Shown in pieces: positions 18,126 through 26,010 of a stretch of 27,909 nucleotides of DNA. Each line of letters begins with the position of its first letter. The stretch's first letter is position 1. The notes beneath the pieces were generated by a model. The model ran no database searches. It was given only the letters and a program-made list of their open reading frames with translations, and was not told the origin of the DNA. The stretch comes from an uncultured archaeon (GTDB lineage: Archaea > Asgardarchaeota > Lokiarchaeia > Sigyniarchaeales > SOKP01): assembly GCA_964508365.1 (NCBI GenBank), contig CAZDTP010000053.1, positions 1 through 27,909 on the forward strand, read 5' to 3'. Made by a program: the position numbers and the translations under genes.

Positions 18126-20030
18126 CTAAAAATATTTCTCTAAAGCCAGTGCTTTAATTTTACTTATTGTGGGGTAACTACTTAGTTTATCCCAGCCTCG
18201 TTCGTCATAATAATCGTCCAATAATTTATTGGCAATATCTTGAGTAATAATTACTTCTCCGTAAAAATCCTGGAATTTAAGTACATTTTCTCCAATTTTT
18301 AATGGTTTAAACCATCCATTAGGGAATTTATCGTCCTTTCGAGAAAAACCTTCTTTTAAATTCATTAACTTCATTAAATTCCAAGAACGTTCAGCCGATA
18401 GTCTTAATTCTTCTTGATGTAAATTGAATCCAGTAATTAAATTGTATAAATCGGTTACTAATTCTAAACTAAAAAATCTATTCATTTGAGCTCTAGCGCA
18501 CAATCCTAGAGATGTTAGAACAGTGTACCAATCTTCAGAGTATCTCGTTAGTCGTCCAACATTTACGCCCATTTCTTTTTTGGGTGGATTAAAAATTCTA
18601 GAGAAAGCGGTTTCGGGAATGCCCATCCTGTTAAAATGGCCTTTCATTTTATCAAGAGTTCCCCCAGCGCCGACATAAGTCGGTGATCCACCTGAAGCTA
18701 CATGAGCGCCTTTAGGATTTACTACTTGTTCAAATTCCATTGTTCCTAATCGCAAAAACCTAGGTTCGAATATAATATCTAAACCTTTCACCGTAAGCAT
18801 TTCGTTTGAAAATGTTTTATTTCCCTCAGCCAATTTTTTCCACCCATCTGCTAATAAATCCCCGAATCCTTCTCTTTTTGCTGTTATCTCAATTAGATGA
18901 TTAAATGTCTTATAATCCCGCTTCCACTCGAAACCTAATGTTTCATTGGTGAGAATATCTCGTTCATTCATTTTACTTATAAATTCGAATAGTGCGGTCA
19001 TAGTTAATGAGTCCAATCCATATCTATTAATTAAATCAAAAATCTTTATCGCTTGGTCGTATGTGTCTATCCCATCAACGGTAAACATCAATAAGGGGTT
19101 AATGATTGAGGATGTGTAATTAATCAAACTGCTAAATTCTCCTTCATGTATTTCAAGGATATCTTTATCAGCCATAGGACAAGATGGACAAGCAATACGT
19201 CTTTTTTTCATTTTTTTTAAGTACATCCTATCGCTACATTGGCGAGCTTTTTTCTTTTGACCTTTTGCGGTTAAAAACATGCCAACGGGTAAACTTCTCA
19301 ACATACCCAATTCAATCCACGAATCTCTATGAGGATATTTACGAATACGCTCAATTAAACCTTTATATAAATTAGTAAACTTTTTTGGTTCTGCAATTGG
19401 AATCCCTTTTGTCCCTTGAGTCAATATAGCTTTAAGGTTTTTCGACCCCATAATTGCTCCAAGACCCCCACGCCCTAAAGTTGAGGTTTTATCTATTAGC
19501 GTCATCGAAGATTTAACAAGATTTTCTCCCGCTTGTCCAATAGCAATTACTCCACTTGAACCATGTTTCCTCTTTAAAAAATGAGTTGTTTCAACAATAT
19601 CTTTACCCCATATTACTTTAGCTTTACATAATTCTATATGATCGTCAAATATATGTAAATACACTGGTTTTTCTGATTTTCCAGTTATAATTATATGATC
19701 GTATCCCGCTTGCTTCAAGTTAAAAGCAAAACTCATACTTCCGCAAGAATTAGCAATGGCTCCGGTCGCCGGAAATTTTGAAATTGCAACAGTTCGAGAA
19801 GAACCAGGTACAATAGTTCCTACTAAGGGGCCAGTTCCAAATATTATTAAATTTTTTGATGAAAATGGATCCGTTAACGGTTTGAATCGATCAGCAAAAA
19901 GTTTAAAATTCATCCCGAATCCGCCAATGAACCTTTTAAGGTCTCTGACATCTTCATTAATAACTGACACTCTATTTTCCGTTAAATCTATGTCAAGTAT
20001 ATTTCCAGTGTAACCAAACCAATCCGTCAT
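18126..20030 (-). CDS. aor: Aldehyde:ferredoxin oxidoreductase family protein (tungsto/molybdo-bispterin), divergent active site
   Basis: GYTGNILDIDL, GTGPLVGT, AIGQAGENLV, GRGGLGAIMGSKNLKAI, CPSCP, YGLDSLT, SLGLC and YYDERGWD. Assignment is at family level only. Confidence 0.85.
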   Translation of the reverse strand: MTDWFGYTGNILDIDLTENRVSVINEDVRDLKRFIGGFGMNFKLFADRFKPLTDPFSSKNLIIFGTGPLVGTIVPGSSRTVAISKFPATGAIANSCGSMSFAFNLKQAGYDHIIITGKSEKPVYLHIFDDHIELCKAKVIWGKDIVETTHFLKRKHGSSGVIAIGQAGENLVKSSMTLIDKTSTLGRGGLGAIMGSKNLKAILTQGTKGIPIAEPKKFTNLYKGLIERIRKYPHRDSWIELGMLRSLPVGMFLTAKGQKKKARQCSDRMYLKKMKKRRIACPSCPMADKDILEIHEGEFSSLINYTSSIINPLLMFTVDGIDTYDQAIKIFDLINRYGLDSLTMTALFEFISKMNERDILTNETLGFEWKRDYKTFNHLIEITAKREGFGDLLADGWKKLAEGNKTFSNEMLTVKGLDIIFEPRFLRLGTMEFEQVVNPKGAHVASGGSPTYVGAGGTLDKMKGHFNRMGIPETAFSRIFNPPKKEMGVNVGRLTRYSEDWYTVLTSLGLCARAQMNRFFSLELVTDLYNLITGFNLHQEELRLSAERSWNLMKLMNLKEGFSRKDDKFPNGWFKPLKIGENVLKFQDFYGEVIITQDIANKLLDDYYDERGWDKLSSYPTISKIKALALEKYF

Positions 20031-20272
20031 TTCTCACCCTCCTTGAGTTCTAAAGCTCCATACAGACAATAATTTGCACATTGTCCGCAGTGAGTACATC
20101 CATCCAAGAATGAGATTTTGGGGATCAATTCGTAGATGTCAACAATTTGAATATAAGCTTCAGTAGGGGAATATTTATTTTTATATATGGAAGAACAGAT
20201 TAATTGACAGATTCTACATCCTGTACATCTTTCTACATGTATAATTATCTCATTTAATTTAGATTTTACCAA
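20027..20272 (-). CDS. 2[4Fe-4S] ferredoxin, probable AOR electron partner
   Basis: CTGCRICQLIC and CTHCGQCANYC. TTG start. Its TGA stop overlaps the AOR ATG (ATGA), with SD GGAGG. Confidence 0.9.
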   Translation of the reverse strand: MVKSKLNEIIIHVERCTGCRICQLICSSIYKNKYSPTEAYIQIVDIYELIPKISFLDGCTHCGQCANYCLYGALELKEGEK

Positions 20273-20395
20273 AATAATTCAAATCTTTAACGTACTTTTG
20301 CTAATTTGTAAATATTATTGGTGCGCTTTATATAATGTGTAATAATTTGAGTTTTTAATATATATAGATTTTTAAGTATCAAGTTATAATAAAAA

Positions 20396-21943
20396 TTAGA
20401 TCCTTTCTATCATCATTCCTCCTAAGATGATTGGACCGCCGGTTGAATTATAAATTTTTTCAGCTTTTTTCATATTATTCTGACTGTCAGAATATATTTT
20501 GAATATCAAATCTCCTTCTTTGATTCTTGCTCCTTGTTTTTTATAGAGCTCAACACCTGATTGTTTTGAATGGGGACAACCAGTAGCTTTCGCTATCTGA
20601 TTAATAATAGCATTATTTACACCAGTTATATGACCTGACTTTGTGGAGAAAAATTCTTTAGAATAAGGTCCTAATTTTATATCTTCAGGTATTATTTCTG
20701 GATTTCCACCCTGAACTTCAATTATTTTCTTCATTTTGTCGTAAGCTTTGCCTGAACGTAGTATTTCTTTTGCTAAAATTTGACCTTTTCCTTTTTGAGC
20801 TTTCCCCCCCATTTCAAGCAAGATACCAGCTAAATCTGTGGACTTTTCAATAAGAGAATTTGGACCCGCAGTATAATCATTAAGTAAGGTTAAAGCCTCC
20901 CTTGCCTCTAATCCGGGTCCTATAGCATGTCCTATTGGCTGGTGAGCTAAAGTTAAAGCACACTCCGCTTGAATCCCAACATTTTGCGCAATCTCTTTAA
21001 ATACATAAGCAAATTGTTTGCCTTTATCGGGGGTAATAAATTTAGTTCCTTCTCCAACTGGTATATCCAATACAAGCTTTTTGACTCCCAGAGATAATTT
21101 TTTAGTGATTATGGAAGGAATCATAAGTCCTATAGGATCCATATGTAATGGACGCTCGATTTCAATCAAAATATTGTCTGCTGGAGAAATATTTAGAGCA
21201 CCACCCCAAATTATGCAAGCATTTTCTTTAGATATAATGCTTTTTAATACATCAGGTTCGAAAGTAACAGGAGCTAAAACTTCCATTGAATCAGCAGTAC
21301 CAGAGGGGGAAGTAATGGCTCTTGTTGATGATTTTGGTATTGTTAACCCAGCAGCTGCTACGATTGGAACTATTATGAGCGTAACTTTATTACCGGGGAC
21401 CCCTCCGGTCGAATGCTTGTCGTAAACTTCTGGACCGAAATCGAAAACATCTCCACTTCTTGCCTCTGCATAAGTCAATGAAGTCATCTCTTCATGATCC
21501 ATACCATTTATCGAAACAGCTGTAATAAACGCTGCTAAATCTATTTTTGATAATGAACCAGAAACTGCATCCGAAATAATTTGGTTAATTTCTTCTGCGG
21601 CAAGCTTATTTCCCTTTATTTTCTTCTGAATAAACTTAAAAGAGTCGGGTGGGTCTGCTGGTTTCACTGAAATTATCATATTATCTTGAAGATTCTTTTT
21701 TTCCTTAATAATATCCATAAAAATCCCTATTTCTCCCGGATTCACGAGAGAGTCGGAATAATCAATTTGCAAAATTGCAATCCAATATCTCTCTTCAATA
21801 TTTTTAGTATCTAAATTTTTGATAATGATACGGTCACCTGCCTTTTGTCCTAATTTTACCGCATCTTTAATATTTAAAACTACATCTTTAGTATTTCCCG
21901 TCTCAAAGTTAATTGTTTTTACTTTTAGCTTCATAATTGACAA
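20396..21943 (-). CDS. deoA: AMP phosphorylase (archaeal thymidine/pyrimidine-nucleoside phosphorylase family)
   Basis: DKHSTGGVPGNKVT, KSSTRAITSPSGTADSMEVLAPV, IWGGALNISPADN, KKLSLG, QPIGHAIGPGLEAREAL, plus the N-terminal barrel extension typical of archaeal AMP phosphorylase. Confidence 0.9.
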   Translation of the reverse strand: MSIMKLKVKTINFETGNTKDVVLNIKDAVKLGQKAGDRIIIKNLDTKNIEERYWIAILQIDYSDSLVNPGEIGIFMDIIKEKKNLQDNMIISVKPADPPDSFKFIQKKIKGNKLAAEEINQIISDAVSGSLSKIDLAAFITAVSINGMDHEEMTSLTYAEARSGDVFDFGPEVYDKHSTGGVPGNKVTLIIVPIVAAAGLTIPKSSTRAITSPSGTADSMEVLAPVTFEPDVLKSIISKENACIIWGGALNISPADNILIEIERPLHMDPIGLMIPSIITKKLSLGVKKLVLDIPVGEGTKFITPDKGKQFAYVFKEIAQNVGIQAECALTLAHQPIGHAIGPGLEAREALTLLNDYTAGPNSLIEKSTDLAGILLEMGGKAQKGKGQILAKEILRSGKAYDKMKKIIEVQGGNPEIIPEDIKLGPYSKEFFSTKSGHITGVNNAIINQIAKATGCPHSKQSGVELYKKQGARIKEGDLIFKIYSDSQNNMKKAEKIYNSTGGPIILGGMMIERI

Positions 21944-22096
21944 AACTCGCTTGTATAAATATAAATTAGATATATTGGTTATATATCTTTAAGTAAATTT
22001 TCATAATATGCATATCTTTTACCTTATTTACTCAAGTTAATATATTTCCAATTAATTTATTTATTTCCTTTAATAAAGTTAATTAAATACTATCAA

Positions 22097-23248
22097 ATGA
22101 GATTGATTATGAATAAGTTTGAAAAAGCTCAAGAAGTACTCCATGACTTAGGAGGAGATGGTTGGTTAATTATATGTGTTGAAGATAGTGATATTAATTC
22201 CCGTTTCATGATAGGAGTCGAATCTCACGCTCGTCATTATATATATGTTGCTGCAGATGGAAATCACAAGATAATTGCAGTTGAAATGGAAGCTCCTATG
22301 ATAGAACGCTCTTTAAAAAAGAAAGGAGTAAAAGCTGAAGTGTTTTCGTACAAATCTATGAAAGAATTAGACGGTTTTCTGAGTCCTATTGTTAAAAAAA
22401 CCCGTATTGCTTTAAATTTCGGAGAAAATGTTTTGGACCCGGAGGGAACGGGATATGCAGATTTTATTAATGCTGGAGATTATTTATCTATGAAGAAATT
22501 GGCTCCTCAAACAGAATTTATATCAGCAGCGCCAATCATAGAAGCCTTAAGAAGTGTTAAAACACCAGATGAATTATCCGATTTACGAAATGTATGTAAA
22601 GCCACTATAGAGATTCTAGAGACAATACCCGATTGGGTAAAAGTTGGAATGACTGAAAATGACATAAAAGCGAAATTAGAATATGAGTATATGAAACTAG
22701 GTCAGCCCTCATTTGCATCAATAGTTGCTACTGGAGCTCACTCTGCGGATCCACACCATAATACATCTTTGAAAAAAATCGAGCAAGGAGTCTTGCTAAT
22801 CGATTCGGGTTTACAAATAGATGAGATGAGTTCAGATATTACAAGAACATTCTGGGTCGGTCTAAATCCTCCCGAAGATTTCAATAAAGCATATACTGCT
22901 CTTTATGAAGCGAAGAATGTTGCTAATGATTATTATACTGACGGAACCCCAAAGAATTTACCTGCTTTAAAATGCAGAGAACACCTAACTGCAAAAGGGT
23001 ACGATCATGAAAAACTTTTTTTCCATGGACTAGGGCATTCTTTAGGATTTGTAGCTCACGATATTGGGGGGGGAGTAAGCTGGAAAGTGCCTGAAACATA
23101 TAAGTTTAAAGAAAACATGGTGTTTACAAACGAACCAGGTTTATATTGGAGAGATAAATGGGGAATTAGATTAGAAGATGATGTAATAGTTGGTAAGGGT
23201 AAATGCGAACAAGTAACCAAAGTATCAGAAATTCCAATTCTAATTTAA
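22097..23248 (+). CDS. Xaa-Pro peptidase (M24B aminopeptidase P/prolidase family)
   Basis: RSVKT, SADPHH, LIDSG, SDITRT, HGLGHSLG...HD, TNEPGLY and GIRLEDDV (binuclear metal ligands). The start may be the second ATG (22109). Confidence 0.9.
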   Translation: MRLIMNKFEKAQEVLHDLGGDGWLIICVEDSDINSRFMIGVESHARHYIYVAADGNHKIIAVEMEAPMIERSLKKKGVKAEVFSYKSMKELDGFLSPIVKKTRIALNFGENVLDPEGTGYADFINAGDYLSMKKLAPQTEFISAAPIIEALRSVKTPDELSDLRNVCKATIEILETIPDWVKVGMTENDIKAKLEYEYMKLGQPSFASIVATGAHSADPHHNTSLKKIEQGVLLIDSGLQIDEMSSDITRTFWVGLNPPEDFNKAYTALYEAKNVANDYYTDGTPKNLPALKCREHLTAKGYDHEKLFFHGLGHSLGFVAHDIGGGVSWKVPETYKFKENMVFTNEPGLYWRDKWGIRLEDDVIVGKGKCEQVTKVSEIPILI

Positions 23249-23265
23249 ATTGAAGTAGAAATATT

Positions 23266-24573
23266 TTACATTTTTATAGAAATAGGAAAATCCTTTATTT
23301 CTTCTATTTCATTCTGGTCTGGGTCCACAAATTTAATAAAAATTTTGATGATATAATCTCCAGCTTCAAGTGGTTTAAGATTAATTTCCCATTTTATATC
23401 TTCGTTAGATCTAAGGGAATATATCTGTTTATTTGTGGTGCCCCTCATAATTTTTAATTGTTCTGGAAATTCAATGTTTAGCTTCAAATCTAACGCTTCT
23501 CCTTGGCTCTGGTTTTCAATTGTAATCTCAAGTGGAAAGGTTTGATCGACGAGAGGAGGTCTTAAATTTCTTATTGATGCTGTTAATGTAGCAGGAGGAG
23601 AAACCAAGTTAGCTATTATCAATTGAGTTTCATAAAAAAAAATCAAAACGTTATTTAACTCACAAGTAAGCACTATAGGACCGATACTTGATTTGTCGAC
23701 TTGAAAATGAGGTTTAATTTTGAATTGTAGATGAGTTTCCTTACTTATATCTATAGGTAGCGGAACGCTTGGTTTATTGTTTGTTGTTAAATTATCAGAC
23801 AAATTTATTAAAATTTTAGTAATATTAAATTGGTTCAATTCAAACTGATAGAAAGAGTCGTTTATGATTTCCTCTAGAGATTTTGCATCAAAATTTAAAT
23901 CTAAATCAAGAATTTCATTTGTGGTATAAGTTTCTTTGTCTAATTTAAATGTGGTCGTAATATTAAGCTTAATGTGCGTTATTAATAATACGAATTTTAA
24001 GAGTTTTAATTCTGTTTCTCTAAATTTATAATTTTCAATATTATCTTTGATTTTTTTGACATATTTAGATTCATTATCTCGTAAAGCCAGAGTAATTTCC
24101 GAAACAAGCTTAATCAGTTGATGCTCCTTAAAAAATTCTTTATCAACCTTTTTACTTGTTCTCTTTAAAAACTCCAACCCCTCGTTTGGAGTTCCCTTGA
24201 CATAGGAGCACATGTAAGAAAGTACGGAAAATATGACATAATTTGAGTCTTTATCCCCTTCACTCTTTAGTTTAGGAATGAGATTTAATGCTTCCTTATA
24301 AATCAGGTTTGCATCTATGAATTTGTTTGCCCGTAAACAAGCTTCTCCAGATTGTCTAAATAACTCTACACTGGTATCAAAACGTTCCATTTCCATAAAA
24401 ATTTTTGCACTCTTCATGAAACAGTCTTTAGCTTCTTCAAATTCATCTAATTTGAGGAGCAAATTTCCGACTAAATGGAAATTTTTACCCGCTTTTTTAA
24501 ATTGTTTCGCCTTAAAAAGTTGCTCAGCTTTAAGTAATTGTTTTTTAACTTCTAATCTTTGGTCCTTTCCCAT
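23266..24573 (-). CDS. TPR/SNAP-like alpha-solenoid protein with two C-terminal Ig-like beta-sandwich domains
   Basis: N-terminal helical repeats (KAGKNFHLVG, EAKDCFMKSAKIF, NLIYKEAL). C-terminal FPLEITIEN...NIEFPEQL...WEINLKPLEAGDYIIKIFIKF. No signal peptide or TM segment is visible. Confidence 0.7.
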   Translation of the reverse strand: MGKDQRLEVKKQLLKAEQLFKAKQFKKAGKNFHLVGNLLLKLDEFEEAKDCFMKSAKIFMEMERFDTSVELFRQSGEACLRANKFIDANLIYKEALNLIPKLKSEGDKDSNYVIFSVLSYMCSYVKGTPNEGLEFLKRTSKKVDKEFFKEHQLIKLVSEITLALRDNESKYVKKIKDNIENYKFRETELKLLKFVLLITHIKLNITTTFKLDKETYTTNEILDLDLNFDAKSLEEIINDSFYQFELNQFNITKILINLSDNLTTNNKPSVPLPIDISKETHLQFKIKPHFQVDKSSIGPIVLTCELNNVLIFFYETQLIIANLVSPPATLTASIRNLRPPLVDQTFPLEITIENQSQGEALDLKLNIEFPEQLKIMRGTTNKQIYSLRSNEDIKWEINLKPLEAGDYIIKIFIKFVDPDQNEIEEIKDFPISIKM

Positions 24574-24654
24574 TAAAAAATCACAATTATAATTAATTAA
24601 TTGTGAAATTAAAAATTAAGGGATAATTTTGACTTTTATAGTGGTTAAGAAGCA

Positions 24655-24677
24655 AATAAAAAAAAATAAAAAAAAAT
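24655..24677 (-). terminator. Probable oligo(T) terminator of the membrane protein gene
   Basis: A-rich tract on + (T runs on -) just after the TAA at 24686. Confidence 0.45.
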
Positions 24678-24685
24678 ACTTAAGA

Positions 24686-25291
24686 TTAATAAGCCATTAA
24701 GAGAAGAATGAATGCCACCATGATGATTGTTCCACTGACAGGAGTTATCCAAGTAAAAATAACAAACCCAATGATTAGTACAACCCACCATGAATAAGGT
24801 ACTTTGATATCGATCTTGTCAAATAGCGTTAGCAATAAAACTATCGCAAAAATAATCCCTACTATTGCTATTGCGATATTTCCCCCCAGAATAAACATTA
24901 TTGATTCATAAATTAAATAACCAGCACCAATCAATGCAACTATTTTTGAGGCAGTATATGATTTCTTCTGACTTAGTATTTCTATTATTGCTGCTATTAT
25001 TACTAAAATCCCTGCTAGAAATGAAGGTCCTACTAAATACTCAAAGAGTAGAAGAACGATTCCTATGATAAGTAGGACCCACCATATATAAGGAATCTTG
25101 ATCTTCTTAAAATCAATTATTTCTAACGAATCAAATATAAAAAATGCAATAATTAAGCCTAAAATCCCAAATATAATGGCTACCCAGTACGCTGTGTAAA
25201 AATAGAAAATGCTATCTCTGATTAAGATTAACGTACCAATAAGAGCAACAACTTTAGAGGCTGAAATTCCAACTTTAGAGCTTTCACCCAT
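24686..25291 (-). CDS. Polytopic membrane protein (about 8 TM) made of two tandem ~103-aa repeats
   Basis: ASKVVALIG...KIPYIWWVLLIIG (from aa 11) and ASKIVALIG...KVPYSWWVVLIIG (from aa 114). Almost entirely hydrophobic. Confidence 0.8.
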   Translation of the reverse strand: MGESSKVGISASKVVALIGTLILIRDSIFYFYTAYWVAIIFGILGLIIAFFIFDSLEIIDFKKIKIPYIWWVLLIIGIVLLLFEYLVGPSFLAGILVIIAAIIEILSQKKSYTASKIVALIGAGYLIYESIMFILGGNIAIAIVGIIFAIVLLLTLFDKIDIKVPYSWWVVLIIGFVIFTWITPVSGTIIMVAFILLLMAY

Positions 25292-25322
25292 AATTTCTCA
25301 CAAAAATTTGTTAAACTCTATC

Positions 25323-25342
25323 CTAATTCTATATAGAACTAG
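25323..25342. promoter_or_regulatory. Near-perfect 20-bp palindrome upstream of the membrane protein gene, candidate operator
   Basis: CTAATTCTATATAGAACTAG, with perfect 12-bp core TTCTATATAGAA (25327..25338). It lies 32-51 nt upstream of ATG 25291 and downstream of a TATATATA box (about 25369-25377). Confidence 0.35.
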
Positions 25343-25397
25343 AATATAACTAAAACTAGAAATTCACATATATATATTTTTATAACAATTTATATTA

Positions 25398-25420
25398 GAA
25401 GTTTAATAGGGTTAAACTTC
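25398..25420. repeat. 9-bp inverted repeat with 5-nt loop downstream of the SECIS
   Basis: GAAGTTTAA-TAGGG-TTAAACTTC. On the minus strand it is preceded by T-rich tracts. It could be a terminator/stability hairpin or an operator. Confidence 0.5.
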
Positions 25421-25454
25421 AAAAAATTAAAAAATTGGGGATAAAACTGTTTTT

Positions 25455-25523
25455 ACCGAAACCATTGCAGAATGGTCCGTCTTCTCGCGACTAAAATTTT
25501 CTCGCAAAAATCATTCTCTCGGT
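25455..25523 (-). ncRNA. Eukaryote-type SECIS element (cis-acting RNA) in the 3' UTR of the hdrA-mvhD operon
   Basis: RNA: ACCGAG AGA AUGA UUUUUGCGA GAAAAUUUUAG UCGCGAGAA GA CGG ACCAUU-CUGC-AAUGGU UUCGGU. Helix I is ACCGAG/UUCGGU. The core is AUGA...GA (tandem G-A kink-turn). Helix II is 9 bp. The apical loop carries unpaired AAAA. It starts immediately after the mvhD stop. Confidence 0.85.
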
Positions 25524-25997
25524 TTAATCTTTTTTCTTTTTTTCTTCAGAATCTTTTTTTTCTGCTTCTATTATTAGAGATTCTTTAATAGGATTGGTGC
25601 CTAGATTCTCTATTATTTCAGATATTCGGGTGACTTCTTCTTGAAATTTTTGGCCTTCAGCTGCACTACAGTTAAACATTTGGATTCTCTCCGGAGCAAC
25701 TCCGGTTGTTTTTAGAATTTCCCTTGTATATTCTACATTTTTAGCTGCTACTAAATTCCCAGTTTCATAGTCGCACTCTCCTTCGTATCATCCAGCAACT
25801 ATTACACCATCTGCTCCCTTTCCAATAGCTCTCATTATTAAGCTAGGTGTAACTCTTCCAGTACAATTTATTCGTATGGGTCTAATTGTTGCGGGATATT
25901 GAGCTCTAATCGTTCCGGCCATGTCTCCAGCGCCATAACCTCATTTCCAACACATAAAGGCTAAAATCTTTACTTGGTCTTTTACCTTCGCTGTCAT
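25524..25997 (-). CDS. mvhD: Hydrogenase iron-sulfur subunit delta (MvhD/VhuD), selenoprotein with two Sec residues, 157 aa; absent from the ORF track
   Basis: Manual translation: MTAKVKDQVKILAFMCWK-U-GYGAGDMAG...QYP...IRINCTGRV...GKGADGVIVAG-U-YEGECDYETGN...PERIQMFNCSAAEG. In-frame TGA at 25941-25943 (codon 19) and 25788-25790 (codon 70), both at conserved [2Fe-2S] Cys positions. SD GAGGTG at 26004-26009. TAA at 25524-25526. Confidence 0.93.
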
Positions 25998-26010
25998 ATT
26001 TTACACCTCT

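Noticed and set aside
20027-20029. Ferredoxin TGA as another Sec codon
   Set aside because: It is not at a Cys position, it overlaps the aor start codon, and no SECIS-like structure was seen after the operon.
21018-21425. 135-aa plus-strand ORF
   Set aside because: Antisense shadow of the conserved core of AMP phosphorylase.
25524-25997. Apparent ~700-bp non-coding gap or degraded mvhD
   Set aside because: It translates into a full MvhD with SD and only two in-frame TGAs, both at cluster-ligand positions.
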